From NCBI RefSeq assembly GCF_018977255.1, contig NW_024704743.1, positions 18,974,001 to 19,038,000 on the forward strand: a stretch of 64,000 nt of DNA, read 5' to 3'. This document shows, piece after piece, positions 37,844 through 50,764 of the stretch. Origin of the DNA: Callorhinchus milii (lineage: Eukaryota). The notes beneath the pieces are model-generated. The model was not told the DNA's origin. It did not search any database and was given only the letters and a program-made list of their open reading frames with translations. A program made the position numbers and the translations under genes. Position 1 is the stretch's first letter, and each line of letters starts with the position of its first letter.

Positions 37844-39139
37844 TTGTATAATGCTTTTCACGATGAGAGGAAGTCCCAAAGCACTGGACAGTCAAGGATG
37901 TGCACCCTATGTACATTGGAAGTGGAGCTTATTACTCCTTGACCACTGAAATCCATCTTCAAGTCTTAGAAAGTCACTGTGTTGTGCTACCTTTAAACAC
38001 AATTTGATTAAGACAGTTCATAATTTTCAACAAATCCTTACATTGGGTATGTCAGTCAAATATCAGTCTGCAGGTGGGAGACCTTTAGTTTTGGCCCTAG
38101 GCAAAACAAATCATTGGACAGATGACTGCTTTCTGCACACACCAGGGAAATCAGAAAGCACATTATTGAATTGAGAGAGGGGAGGTAACATTTTAATGAC
38201 TTCCATCTGTAAAAGAAGCATTCCAACTGTTGTCATTATTTTGCAATGCAGGAGGGGCGGTGAGAAAGCTGTTGTGGAGTAAGTACAATTGCTTTGATTG
38301 TATTAATAATGTGAATAAAACATGTGTTGCTCTGTAAGCAGATACCCCCAAAATAATGGTTAACAATTATTTTCTTTTGAATGCAAGTCGTGAAGGAACC
38401 CAAATTGCACTTCCAGCAATGCAGGAGACCTCTATCACTGCACTGTTAAAGTATATATTTGATAATTGTACAACATACTTTGAAAGCAGGTGGTTTTACA
38501 CCTTTCGTATGTAAGAGGAGAGCTTATTGAAGATACTAAATGGAAAAGAGAAAGTAAATTCAACAAATACTTTCGGATTTGCTAAGTGCTGGGACAAAAA
38601 GAATTTGGGTTGCATTGAGCAATTATAGACAGAAACCAGGAAGTATTTCTTTACACAGAGTAATTAACAGGATGCTGTCATTATCACAATAAGGGAACTC
38701 TGTTCAGAAAGGAGAGTGGTGTTGGAGCAGTTGAAATTCAACGGTCTTGTCGTCATCTATAACGTTCCTATGTAAAATGGAAGTGAAGCTTGTTATCCAT
38801 TGACCACCAAACAACATCTTTCTTCAGATCTTAGAAAGTGACTGCACTGTGATACCTGCAAACACATTTGGATTAAAGCTGCTCACACATTTTGAATGTC
38901 CTGACCCGAACTGAATATGATCTCTCCCGGGTTGTTAATACACCTGATATTTTAAATCACTGATGTTAGCCGGCTGAAGTTTTATTCTTGGAAGACTCTT
39001 TTGCCTGAAGAGATTAATATTCTCAGGTAATTCCTTACATTTTTAGTTTAATCCTTCACTTTTCATCTGCTTGTGACAGGAGAGCTGTTGGTATGAGTTG
39101 GTGTCTGAAATTTCTCTCCCTTGGTATTGTGGGGGAAAC

Positions 39140-39300
39140 GTAATGGCATTTCAAGACTGAGGTGGATAGTTATTTGTTAGGTCAGGGTATCAAGGGATAT
39201 GGGGCAGAGGTGAGTAATTGGACTTGAGGTATAGATCAGCTATGATCTTATAGAATGGCGGAACAGGCTCAAGGGGTGGAATGGCCTACTACTGTTTCTC
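39140..39300 (+). mobile_element. CR1-like 3' terminus
   Basis: ttcaagactgaggtggatag...gaatggcggaacaggctcaaggggtggaatggcctact. Confidence 0.7.
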
Positions 39301-39619
39301 TGACATCTTAGCACTTTGTGCCACAATGTGTCAAGTTCCCAAAAATTGCTCCGAAACAATCTTTACCTCTTCATAACGCAACATAGAAATCAATTATTTG
39401 CACAACTTGATCCTTGAAGCAGAGTTGAGAGCATTACAAAAATGTTCTATTTTAAGGCAATTTACAGCAGAGAAGGAGGCTTTTTGTGCCCATTGTATCC
39501 ATTCTGGTGGTTAGCACTCCCCACTAGGGCATTCCCATTGCTCTCCTCTGATCTTATTGCCCAGCTCTTTTGCTGTTGTAAACCTTCTATGATTCTAAAC
39601 TTCTGCATAAGAAAATTCT

Positions 39620-39930
39620 TCTAATCTCCTTTTTCACCTACGAATCACTCCCTGCCCAAGTATCTGCCTACCTCTCAAACCTGTTCACACCCGACCTCTT
39701 TAACCCTCTCCCCTGCCTCTGGCCTTATGCTCGTCCCCTCCGCTTCACCATTGGCGACCATGCTTTCAGCCACTGTGCCTCGAAACTTTGCAACTCCCTG
39801 CCTCAATCCCTCTGCCTTGCTCCCTCTTTGTCCATCTTCAGATCTCACCTGAAGACCTTTCTCTTTGATTATGTCTACGATCGCCTCCCCTTTGTTCCCG
39901 GCTCGGCGTCAAGCTCCACCATTGAGGCTC
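39620..39930 (+). mobile_element. L2 3' fragment
   Basis: catgctttcagccactgtgcctcgaaactttgcaactccctg...ctgaagacctttctctttg. Confidence 0.75.
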
Positions 39931-42214
39931 TCCCACTCATGAAGGGCAGATATGGTTTTTCAGAAATTTCTCTCTCTTCATCAAATATTTGAAAGAATGC
40001 ATTATGTGGAATAGCATCATTCTTCGAACAACCTCGGCAAGGCAGTTTTGCATGCTAAGAAGGGATGGCCTTTGCAAAGCTGGGATTGACCCAAACTGAC
40101 CAAATCTCCTTATAACAGAGAACAATCTTTTGGTTCCTCCATCAACACTCCCAATCTGACCAGGAAGCAAAGTGACCAAACATACAGCGTAGCGTGATCA
40201 GCAACCAATAAAATATTTAATGAACCATACGTTTTCAAAACACACTCAACGCAATTGTTTTCGCCAGTGACAGTTGTTTCTTTTCGGAAGCTTAACCTAT
40301 GGGTGTTAGCTGCAGACTAAAATAACTATAAGAGCACATAAGCTCACTAATGTACAGGGAGATTGTATCTGGGGCCATCCTAGGTTACACTGAGTATTCT
40401 TTCATGAGACAGAGAGGTCAGGGTCCTTGTTCTTCAACCAAACTACAGATATGTCATTTAACCAGATTGCAGGTTCAATCTGTGTGGGATTAGGAAATGG
40501 CTTGTTTTAAATGTATTAAAATATTGAATTTTCCTAAAAATCCCTTCACCTGGCTTCTTTTCCTGCCTTCAGGATCTTCTGCGAGAAGTTCATCCTAGGT
40601 GATTTAACTGGGGCCGGGGATTCTTTCCACTCAGCTCCTGTTAACCCTCCAAGCAAACTACACAGTTTCAGATGGTTAAACAACAGCAATATCTGCACAA
40701 CCTGCCTCATTGGCAGGATTTGGAGAGGCAGAGTAGGATCAGGAATTCTTCCCTCCTGTTAACTCTGGAAGCCAAATTCCAAATGGATACACATTAATAC
40801 GTATTTAAATGTCCCTGTGAACGTCCGGAGACAATGCCTCAACCATGTTAGGTAATGGTCACTGGAGCTTTCCCCAGGCCCGATGTCTCAATGTGGACAT
40901 GTGCCAACATTGTGATGCTGGCCTTTAAAATGATGCAAGGTCTATATACAAGCAACCTGTTTGGATTTGGACTGTGAGCCAGAAAAAGAGGCCGCAGGTT
41001 CAAAATTAACGAGCTTTGAGCAAGATTAGAGATAGGAAGGATATTGTTTCCCAGAGAGTAATAATAGTCCTTGCATTTGATAGTGCTTTGGTAGCCAATT
41101 GCATACACCAGTGTCCCACAAACAGTCCCGGATTATTATTAGTGTAGTGGATGTGTGGAATCAAATTCTGAAGAGAAAAAAAGAAAACACTGGAAATCTT
41201 AAATAGATTTAAGATACCAACTGAGCTCGGCTGCCACTTATTTTTATTTCAGACTCAGTGAAAGTGGTTGATGCTGTTTCAATTAGGAGCGAACACAACT
41301 GGAAAAGACAATTGTGATCCATCTGTCCAGACCTAAAGTAAAATATAAACAGTATAGGAGTGCGAATAAATCTACATGGGATACAAATTATAATACTATG
41401 TGAAGAGTTTTATTTTGCACCCGTTTTTATTCACACCGACGCTGAATTGGTTTGCACACGGCTGACGATTGCACTGTCAATTCGATTTTAATGACACTAG
41501 GATTTATTTATTTTTCATGGCACCTTTAATTTTGCACCCAAATTTCCAAGTGTGAATATAGTGAAAACATTTGCGCCTGTAATTAATACAGGTTATGTAG
41601 TATATATGAAGATTATTATTGGTAATGATTCTAACATTGCTGAATATTTGATCATCAATTTATTCCAGCTATGAATACTATCTCTCCAACATTATTTGGC
41701 TCAAAGCCTCTGATTGTTGCTGCCTGTCCTGTTTGAGTGTCACTGTACTGGATACTGGCTTAACCCAACCAGATTTACTCCGATATCATGTGCAGCAATA
41801 ACAACAGCAGTTAGTTAGAGGCTTCGGTTGGCTTCAAGCCAAACCATTGTGCAACATTGGGGGAGGGAAGTGTTAAAAGGCATTACTGGAACCAAAGCAT
41901 TAAATAAGTGTGTAGTCAATCCTAATCTTTTACGTTTTTGAGAATGTTTTGTTTGTACAAAAAGAAATAAGACTCCTTCTTTTGTATCACTTCCAGCAAA
42001 TTGATGGGAGCCAAGTCCACCGGCAAAATGAAATACTTAACTATATATAAAATCTGCAGGGAGAACATTTTTTTAATTACTTTTTCAACTGTAGTTGCAT
42101 TGACCATTTGAAACTTCTGCTTTAATTGCCATCAGGTATTGCGAAGCCCGTTAGTTGCCAATACCTGACAAGAACCTATTCCTATACGTCACTCTTATAG
42201 CATCCGTTTGATGT

Positions 42215-42540
42215 TAATAATAATAATTCTTCCATTTGAACTAGTGGCCTATCACATCTCAAGGAGCTTCACAGGAATTACTGTAAAGTGCTGTGTGTAT
42301 TTGTAGGCGAATGTGCAACCAATTTGGACACAGCAAATACTGTTTGCCTACAAATACCAACAGTCATGGTGTGAATAACCAAATTTTAATGGGAGGAATT
42401 GCTAGCCAGGACATCCAGAGAACCTCCCTTCTCTTTTCAAATACTGCCATGAGATCTTTAATGTCCACCTGAACAGGCAGACAGGAACTTGGTTTAACAT
42501 CTCATTCAAACGACAGTGCCTCTGACAATGCAACATCCCC
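42215..42540 (-). mobile_element. SINE family B (headless), followed by a SINE A tail (+, 42560-42663)
   Basis: gatctttaatgtccacctgaacaggcagacagg core. Confidence 0.8.
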
Positions 42541-43554
42541 TTGGTTGAGACGTTTCACCAACAAAATATACAGTCAATTCACTTTACAGTATATTCTGTG
42601 AATGCTTTGAGACGTCTTGAAGATGTGATAAGGTGCTATATCAAATGAAAAGATTATGATTATCATTTGTGGCGACTTTTGCCTGCCAGAAATAATAATA
42701 GACGAGTTCGACTCCATATTCTGCAATCTGTCCACCAGCATTAAAATAGCAGCCTCACATTTATTTTTTTTCCACGTGAGGGATCCTGGAACCTGCATCA
42801 GAAAACATGTGCGCAGGTCCACAAACATCAGACAGTCAGCCCACAGTAACAGAACTGTCAACACCAGCAAATTGCTAGCTGTGAAGCACAAAGCAGGACA
42901 AGAGAGCAAAGGTTCACGGTTGTGAAGGGTAATTTTAGGACAGACACAAAGAAGTATTTCCCTACAAAGATGGTGATCAACAGCTGCACCAGTATAGCGT
43001 GAAAAATGGAAGACACCAAGACATTGGATTAATTTAAGAAATAACTTGATTCTATAATGGAAACATGGTTATCAGCTGGAATTCCGATTGACACTGTGTG
43101 AAGTATCTCTGGTGTTGGTCGCCAATTAGATTTTCCTATTATAATCCCACATAGCAAAAGGTGCTACGTGTAACATCGGCTAGAACTACAGCCCATGTGT
43201 TGGTCTTCTGGGGGGATGATATCAAATAGACTGCAGTGACATCTTCAACCAAAATGTTCTTGTGATCACAAGGATGACATACGTTACATACTCATTTAAA
43301 CACATAGAGCCATGTTTATTATTTTAAAGAGATGTTCATTCAGATCGATTAATCTTTCAAAGCGAAATGAGCGATTCACTTCGATGGAATGGGTTTTTGA
43401 CCGCAGAACGTAACATTTTCCCTTTTGCTGCAATATACTCAACGTCTTGCTCTTTTAGAATCAATCAGAATTTCTGCTCTGTTGCAAAAATCACTCCTGT
43501 GGTACAGGACTAAACAATAGATGCCAATTTTCCAGTACAAACAATTCTCTTGGA

Positions 43555-43770
43555 TTGTCAAAAGGCATTTTGAGATCACTCATCATGCAAATGAGGTTAA
43601 AGATCATGACATCATGGCAAAATAGCAACTTTGATTAGAAACTGTCTTAAGAAAGTAGAAGGTGATGATAAATAGAAGTACTCTACTGGAATAGTGCCGG
43701 TGATGTTCCACAGGATTTATTATAGGGCCCCTGCAGTTCACATTATTCATAAATGATTTTGAAAAGAACA
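43555..43770 (+). mobile_element. CR1 RT fragment (highly decayed)
   Basis: gattgtcaaaaggcattt and gtgatgttccacagg...gggcccctgcagttcacattattcataaatgat (VPQG..GPL.F..FIND-like). Confidence 0.6.
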
Positions 43771-44574
43771 CTTGCAATAGCAAACATTTGTGGTTAATAC
43801 AAAAACAACTTGTATGCATACAGTGACCCTTAATTAAAAGGAATGTCTCGAAGGAAATAACAAATATAGTGGTGGACATTGAGCAAGGAAATAGAGATTG
43901 AATGACGTTGACCAAAGGCATGATTGAAGAAAGAGGTTTTTGTTCAGAGGACAGGAGAATGATGGCTGAAGACTTGGGAGCAAAGGTAATGGTGAACAAG
44001 CAATGTCCCAGATTGAGAAGCATGGAGGATAGAGGGTGGAATATATGGTTGGAGAGATTGCCTAAGTAAATTGGGATAAGAATATGGAAGGATTTGAAAA
44101 ATAGGATTTAAGGATTGTTAACTTGATCCCTGAAGTACTGGAAGCCAAAGCAGTTGAGGAGGTCAGGGGTAATGGATGTGCAAAGTTTTTTGTGGAAATT
44201 AATTTGGTTTCGAGAGATGGGACTCGATGGAATCCTATATATAATTGGATGAATAGGCAGGAATCTAGCCTGTGGCCTTGGGCCTAGGCTGCTGATTGAA
44301 TAAAGTGCTAAGATTTGGTTTGGGAGAATGTGAATTTCACCCACTCCTCAGCAGATTAAGCATAACACATAAATATTAAACACAAAAAATTAGAAGCTGT
44401 TGGCTGCCCTGTTTACCCACAAAACTCAGTCAATCCACTTCACAATACTTTACTGTGGAAGTGCTTCAAGATATCTCGACGAGTTTGGTTTGGATACTCT
44501 TAAGTGTTGTGATGGTTTTTCATATGTGTCAGACACCTGGTTAATGAAAAAATGTCATAGTTTACAGTGTATAG

Positions 44575-44815
44575 TGCCCCCAACCTCAAACTCCATCCCA
44601 CATTCCCTTCACCTCCTTCAAGGCATGCCTCAAGACCCTCCTCTTCGACCGTGCCTTCGACCAACCCTCCTACACCCCCCTCCACACCTCTACCCTCCCT
44701 GATCCCAACAGCCACCCCACCCCCCCTAGCTCGGGTCCTAGTCTCTGACTGTTCAGTATCTTGGGATGTCCTCCCGAAGTGAAAGGCGCTTTACAAATGT
44801 AATTTTGTATTGTAT
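44575..44815 (+). mobile_element. L2 3' end with TTGTA-type terminus
   Basis: cttcaaggcatgcctcaagaccctcctcttcgacc...gggatgtcctcccgaagtgaaaggcgct...aattttgtattgta. Confidence 0.8.
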
Positions 44816-45059
44816 CCTGTGAAGCGCTTTGAGACTTCCTCCTGATGTGAGAGGCGCCATACCAAATGCAAGGATTATTCTTATTATTGCATCAAATAAA
44901 ATAAAATATGGCAAACACTAGATCGCAAAATGGACAAAACACTTTTCTAAACAAAAAACCTCTAGGAGTGTTATACCGCCACCTAATGGACATTGATTTA
45001 AGGCTGGCAATAGTTTTGAAATTCCACAAACTTCAGCCTCATGTGGTGTTGCAACCGAA

Positions 45060-45355
45060 GCAACAACAAACAAATTGCATTTGTATAGTGTGAGGATGCC
45101 CTAAGACGCTGGACAGTCGAGGGTTTGCACCTGAGCTGGAGGTTGGATTTGGGAAGAGTGGAGGCAAGAGGGTTGGGAGCGGGAAGATGATCATAGGCAC
45201 GATCAAAGAGGAAGATCTTGAGATGGATTTTGAAGGAGGTGAGGGAAGGAGCGAGGCGGAGTGACTCCAGGATTGAGTTCCAGAGAATGAGGGCAGATAG
45301 ACTGAAGATCTGACCATTGATGGAGGACATGAAGTAGGCCAGTGCCTGCCAGACA
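45060..45355 (-). mobile_element. L2 3' end
   Basis: Reverse ORF LWNSILESLRLAPSLTSFKIHLKIFLFD and (AAC)n tail. Confidence 0.85.
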
Positions 45356-45784
45356 TAGAAAGAAACAAAACTTCACAGTTTTATGAACAATTACTCATCT
45401 GTTATGACTGAAGTATTGAGCACTGATTTGAGATTATCTCTAATGGGATCCCTGAATAGGAATCTGGAGGCACATGATTCTAACTCTCAAGAATGCCACT
45501 CTGACACAATCTACTTTTGGAACAAAATTCCCACACAAGACAAACTTCCAGTTTCTAGAAGGATTTGTAATAATAATCCTGTCATATGATATAGTACCCT
45601 TGTGACATTCATGAGATGCTTCAGATGGCTTCATAAGATTTTACTGTGAAAAGTGCAGTGACTATGTATTTGAAGGCAAACAACATAACATGTAGGCAAA
45701 TTCCTTATTAAGGAAATTTCCTGTTGGAAATCTGTGCATATTAGTCCTTCTTGTTTAATGAATTGCCTATCTCAGTGGCACTAT

Positions 45785-46225
45785 AATAATAAATATCCTT
45801 GCATTTGTTATAGTGCCTTATCACGTCGTTGAGACACTACAAAGTGCTTCTCAGGACATACTGTAAAATGGATTGTGTATTTTAGGGGCGAAACATGGCA
45901 GCCAATTAGTTCACAGCAGTGTCCCACAAACAGCCATGGAGTAGGTAACCAATTTTATTTGGGGCATTTATTAGCCAGGACACCAGGCGAAACTCACTTC
46001 TGTTTTTGAATAGTCCCGTGGGATCTTTGCTGTCCACCTGAACAGGCAGACAGGACATTGGTTTAACATCTCATCTGAAGGACTGTACCTACAACAATAG
46101 AACCCCCTCCCCCAGCACTTCATTGGAGTGTCAGCTTAGCCTATGTGCGTCCAAGTCCCACATGGGGCTTGAATGCACAACTTTCTGACTCAGAGGTGAG
46201 AGTGTTGCCTCTGAGCCAGGCTGAA
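45785..46225 (-). mobile_element. SINE family B, full length, well preserved
   Basis: Complete tail-core-head; head ctttctgactcagaggtgagagtgttgcctctgagccaggctga. Confidence 0.9.
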
Positions 46226-46489
46226 ACAGAGGTGAATGGGAGTGCTTTGATTGGATTCAGCATCTGATCCTCCTTTCAAGGTCTACTGTAGAAACCGGGG
46301 CTCAATCACCCCGGGGATGATTTATTAACCTGGCGTCCTGATGTGTGTAGAATGTGACCCGGCTACATGGCAGTCACATGAACCTGCACTTTGAAAAACG
46401 CTTCCAACATTCCCAACTCTCGGAACAAATGCGGGGTGATTTCCACGTATCGCCTTGAGGCAACTGGCAGCAAACTAAAAAAAAAAAAA

Positions 46490-46771
46490 CTTTTTTTTTG
46501 TTTAGCCGGATATGTGACACGTGCGGAAACCCATCACCATGCTTAACAGTATCCAAACCAAACTGAGAATTCCATGCATCGCAAGAACACACGGAAATAC
46601 CAGCGATAGATTGTTGGAATGGAATGCGCACTCTCTCCTTGGAGGGATGCATCCTGCTGACCTAATCCGGAAAGTATTAGGCGCAGGTTGGCAAGAGCCA
46701 AGGGTTGGCGACCCCAGAGTGTGCGTTGGGGAACTGCGTAGGGGCGTCTAACCAGCTAAAACCGCATAGCT
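46490..46771 (-). mobile_element. SINE-like family C, longest copy
   Basis: Reverse strand begins gctatgcggttttagctggttagacgcccc (A-box-like) and ends gggtttccgcacgtgtcacatatccggctaaac(A)n. Related pieces at 25470, 44480, 60405 and 63945. Confidence 0.7.
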
Positions 46772-46799
46772 TGCCATTGATATCGCTGTCTAAAAAAAC

Positions 46800-47372
46800 A
46801 CAAACCTAAAAGCAGCTTTTTTTTCTCACGTAAAAAAGCTTGCTGGCAGCCACACAGCTACAGTGTACTGCTAAACATCAATCACGATGGGCTAGTACAG
46901 TTCTGGTTGGCTGGACTAATTGTGTTCTCAGTAGATGTTTATTAAGGAGAGGTCAAAAGCTGGGGCTGTCATTTCCCCCTGTTCAGCATCTGCCTGCTCC
47001 GAGGCTTGGAACAGGGACTAATGAAATGTTCCTCTCCTCTGACGGCAGGCTACTGAGACTGCGAGGTGGACCCACGTCACTGTGACTGGAGTATGTTCCT
47101 CCCCATCTCTCTGCCTGTTAATTTATGTTGACAGGACTCTGGTTCCTGCGCTCCATCCTAAAGCAGGAGCTGGATGAAATCAACAACTGGGGCAGATCAG
47201 CACTGCGCTTCGCTGAGAAAGATCCAGCAGCAGGCCTGATCCTGCACAGCAAATAAGGGCCTTAAATTGGAGGTGTAACAAGCCTGCAGCACATAGTTTT
47301 GTTCCCTGCTGGTTGTGGTCTGATACGTACGTCCAGTGGCTGTTCCTGCAATACACTTGGACCTGGTCTGGT
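46800..47372 (+). promoter_or_regulatory. Candidate promoter/5'UTR of the beta2b-type exon
   Basis: Unique, relatively GC-rich sequence directly upstream of ATG 47373. The start site cannot be located from sequence. Confidence 0.5.
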
Positions 47373-47423
47373 ATGCTTGATCGACGTCTAATGACTCCTG
47401 GTCCTAAGCACCTTATTCCTGAG
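47373..47423 (+). CDS. CACNB2: Alternative first coding exon of a voltage-gated calcium channel beta subunit, beta2b-type N-terminus (MLDRRLMTPGPKHLIPE)
   Basis: ATG at 47373, 17 codons, phase-0 donor GAG|GTAAGT at 47423/47424. Same length as, and 10/17 identical to, the recalled human beta2b peptide MLDRRLIAPQTKYIIPG. Lies in a repeat-poor island. Confidence 0.88.
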
Positions 47424-49394
47424 GTAAGTGTATGATGCTACAGGCTAAGCATTGAATCAGGTCCCAGTGGAAAATGTGGTTGGCTTGCTCGCTCACTCAA
47501 TTTGACACCCATTTAATGACAGACTGACAGAATTACATTGCTCTGAAATCCCCCTTGGTATCCTGTTGTTTTATGCCTCCTGATAGTGCCAGCGACAATG
47601 TGACAAGATGCAACAGCAGTTAATAGAAGCTGAGCCTTTTTTTTGTGAAGAGTGCTTTTCTACAAATGACTGTCATTTTGCAAATTTGTGTTTGATCCAT
47701 TCGTGAACTGTTGATGTTAAGTTAGTCAGGAATAACTGTCTGCCTGTCAGAAACTCACCCATAAGAAACCATTGAGTAAATCAGAACAAGGCCCCCTTTA
47801 GTTTTTGTATTCTAAATGGTACCTTAAATAGCACTCGATGAGTGGTTCTAACTTGATGCATGTTCATTACCCAGTGGGTTAAACATCCCTTTGTAAAATG
47901 CCACGAAAGCTATGGTTTAGTTGTAATTTTTCCCTCCACACAGTTACAATGGTGACTATTTCACAGCCTCCCCTGTTCTTATTGTGAAGAAGCCACAATG
48001 CAGAGCCTTTTATTGTCTTAAAGATGCATTTAAAAGGGCATCATCTCTCTTCACGTTAAAGTGGCTGGCAAACCCAGTTTTGTTTTTAAAGACACAATGG
48101 TTTAGATGGTATCAGGGTTAGACATCACTTTGAACAAGATGACACCAAGCTTCTCCCTGACCATTCTTTTCCTTCATCGGCAAATGAATGTTTAACAAAT
48201 GATTTTTTTTCTTTAAAAGCACCACCTTTACCTACTAAGAAAAATCAAAATGTATTTTCGTTCATTTTAAACCGTTACATTCAAGTCAACAGAGGGAATC
48301 GCAGTGCAGCAGATACTCTGCGGCTCTCATTCTGTGCGCTCAAAACTATTTAGCAGGAAACAAACTGCGTTTTACATCTATGGAGTTTTTTTCAAAAAAC
48401 TTCAACTTTTTGAAACAAAAAGAGTTGCCTTCTCATAGTGAGAAAGGGTATATATTTTTGGACAAATTGTTAAACACCCAAGCTGTTCATTAATAATAGC
48501 AATAATATATCAATTCCTTAAGTTCTTCAAGACTTCAATAAACAACCCCAACCCTAAAAGTTATGCTTTCTCAATCTGATTCTTGGCACTTGAAGTTAAA
48601 AGCAGGAGACTAGTAGGAAGAAATCCTTGACTGTGAATCATGCCCCATATTTCAAGCATCTGACAGGAGACAGCCTGCTTGCTTGTCTACCACCTGTTCT
48701 TCACATTCTATGGCGTTACATGGTGAACTATTAAAGGGTGTGAAAGGACTTTACAGTGATCGGGAACTTCAAATTATGTTAGTGTTGCATTTTTTTAACT
48801 TTTCTGGGCTATTTATGCCAATTTAATATTTTTTTCCCTACTCTAAGCCAAACTTTTAAAAGGGACGTGCCCTCCGTGAGGGGTGCTGCAATAAATGCAA
48901 GTTGTTGTTGTCTCATCGCCTCCATGTTAATTTAAGGTGCTATCTACACTTGATTTTGTTAGTTTAAATATTCACACGTCATTTATATCGATATGAGTGG
49001 CATTGGAATGGTTTTTATTGGCTGATGTCAGAGGCTGAGCATCATTGGCATGTTCTCTGGAGGACAAGGGGAGAGAGAGGCCTGTTTTGTCTTAAGTACA
49101 TTTTCTGTCATCTCAATGCTCTGTGATTGTTCATGTCCTGCAGCACTTCCATCTGTAACTGACTGTTGCATCATTTCACCCAAAACATTTAAACTCAAGG
49201 TCTGAACCAGTTACGAGATACTCTCCGGTCACTCAAAACCATAGGAGCAGAAGTCTTGTGAGTACTTCAGAATGAAACACGTCCACATTTTGAACAGGAA
49301 TGGAATTCAACCTCAAAACGTGCTTGATCCAAGAATTGAGAATCAGCTGTTCGCTAAATGGTGATGTTCCCTCAATGGCGAAGTTCCCCGTGAG

Positions 49395-49860
49395 GAATGA
49401 GGTATCTTTCCTCTGAGTTAGAAGGTTGTAATCGAGGTTGACACTCAAAGCATAGCTGGGGTGTGTGTTGCAGTGTTTGAGTTGCTGCCCTTTAGGTCCC
49501 ATCAACTGTTCAGGGTGGATATTTAAGATCCCTCAGCACTATTCGAGAAGAGAATGGATTCTCTCTGGCATCCTGGTCAACAATCCTCCCAAATAAAATT
49601 GGATATTCACTTTATGGCTGTTTTGGGGCATTGCTGTGCACAAATTCAGTCAATTCACTTTACGGTATGTTCTTTGAAGTGCTTTGAGACGTCTCGAAGA
49701 CGTGATAAGGCAAGGAATGTTATTATTATTTATTATAAATTGGCTACTGCAGTTGTCTACAAATACAGTCATTGCAGTTTGCAGTAAAATCCTCTGAATT
49801 GCTTTGAGACGTCTTGATGACATGATAAAATGCTGTATCAAATATGAACATTATTACTTT
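49395..49860 (+). mobile_element. SINE B with a SINE A tail inserted (~49640-49732)
   Basis: Two successive tails within one B body. Confidence 0.7.
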
Positions 49861-50052
49861 TATAATATTGAGTAATAGAGCTTCTTTTTTTTTTCTCCTG
49901 TCAACTCTATACTGTGAAAGAGGCCAGTAACTATAGGAGCGACTTTAGTGGACTTTGATAACACATTCATTTACTGATGTGTGGCACCAAAGCTGTCAAT
50001 AATTGCCTAATTCTAAATAATTCTGACACTTTCAGTGAAACTACAAGATTAT

Positions 50053-50345
50053 TATAATAATAATCCTTGCATTTCATATAGCACCTTATCATGTTGTTGA
50101 GACGTCTCAAAGTGCTCCACAGGATATACTGTAAAGTGGATTGACTGTGTATTTTATGGGTAAAACATGGTAGCCAGTTGCACACAGAAATGTCCCACAA
50201 GCAACCATGGAATGAATGACCAATTTTATTTGGGGGATTGTTGACCAGGACCAGGAGAAACTCCCTTCACTTTTTGCAAAGTGCCATGGGATGTTTGACA
50301 TCCACCTGAACAGGCAGACGGGACCTCGGTTTAACGTTTCATGCG
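50053..50345 (-). mobile_element. SINE family B (headless)
   Basis: catccacctgaacaggcagacgggacctcggtttaacgt core. Confidence 0.85.
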
Positions 50346-50609
50346 AAGGAAGGCTTGCTAATGTTACACAGTTAGTTTATCAATGGTTTATAGCCACAAT
50401 TTACTGAGAATGATTTGTCAGAACTTTGACATAAATCAGAGCATGGTGGTTGTGCCAGATTTGTGGAGTGAGGCCCTATATAAAATATGTGATGAAGTAA
50501 AATCATAATCCTTACAGGGTTGAAAAAATCAGAGTAAAGCCAGTATCTCTCTAACTGGCAATCCAGCTGGTTGAGAAAGGGCGTCCAAGGAGAGGGACAT
50601 CCCCATTTT

Positions 50610-50764
50610 CAGGTCTTCTGCTGAAGACCTTTCTTTTCGACCGCACCTTTGGTTATCTTCTTCTCCCTCCCCCTGGCTCAGCCCCGGGATCCGTTACTGT
50701 AAAGCGCTCTGAGACGCCGTCCGGCTTGGAGGGCGCTATATAAATCCACGTTGTTGTTGTTGTT
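50610..50764 (+). mobile_element. L2 3' terminus with (GTT)n
   Basis: ctgaagacctttcttttcgacc...aaagcgctctgagacg...ggcgctatataaat...gttgttgttgttgtt. Confidence 0.8.

Noticed and set aside
47197..47217. TCAGCAC as a REST/RE1 site near the beta2b promoter
   Set aside because: Only the left half-site is present; no GGACAG right half.
47249..47270. CArG-like GCAAATAAGG and CCTTAAATTGG
   Set aside because: Neither fits CC(A/T)6GG exactly; too weak without conservation data.
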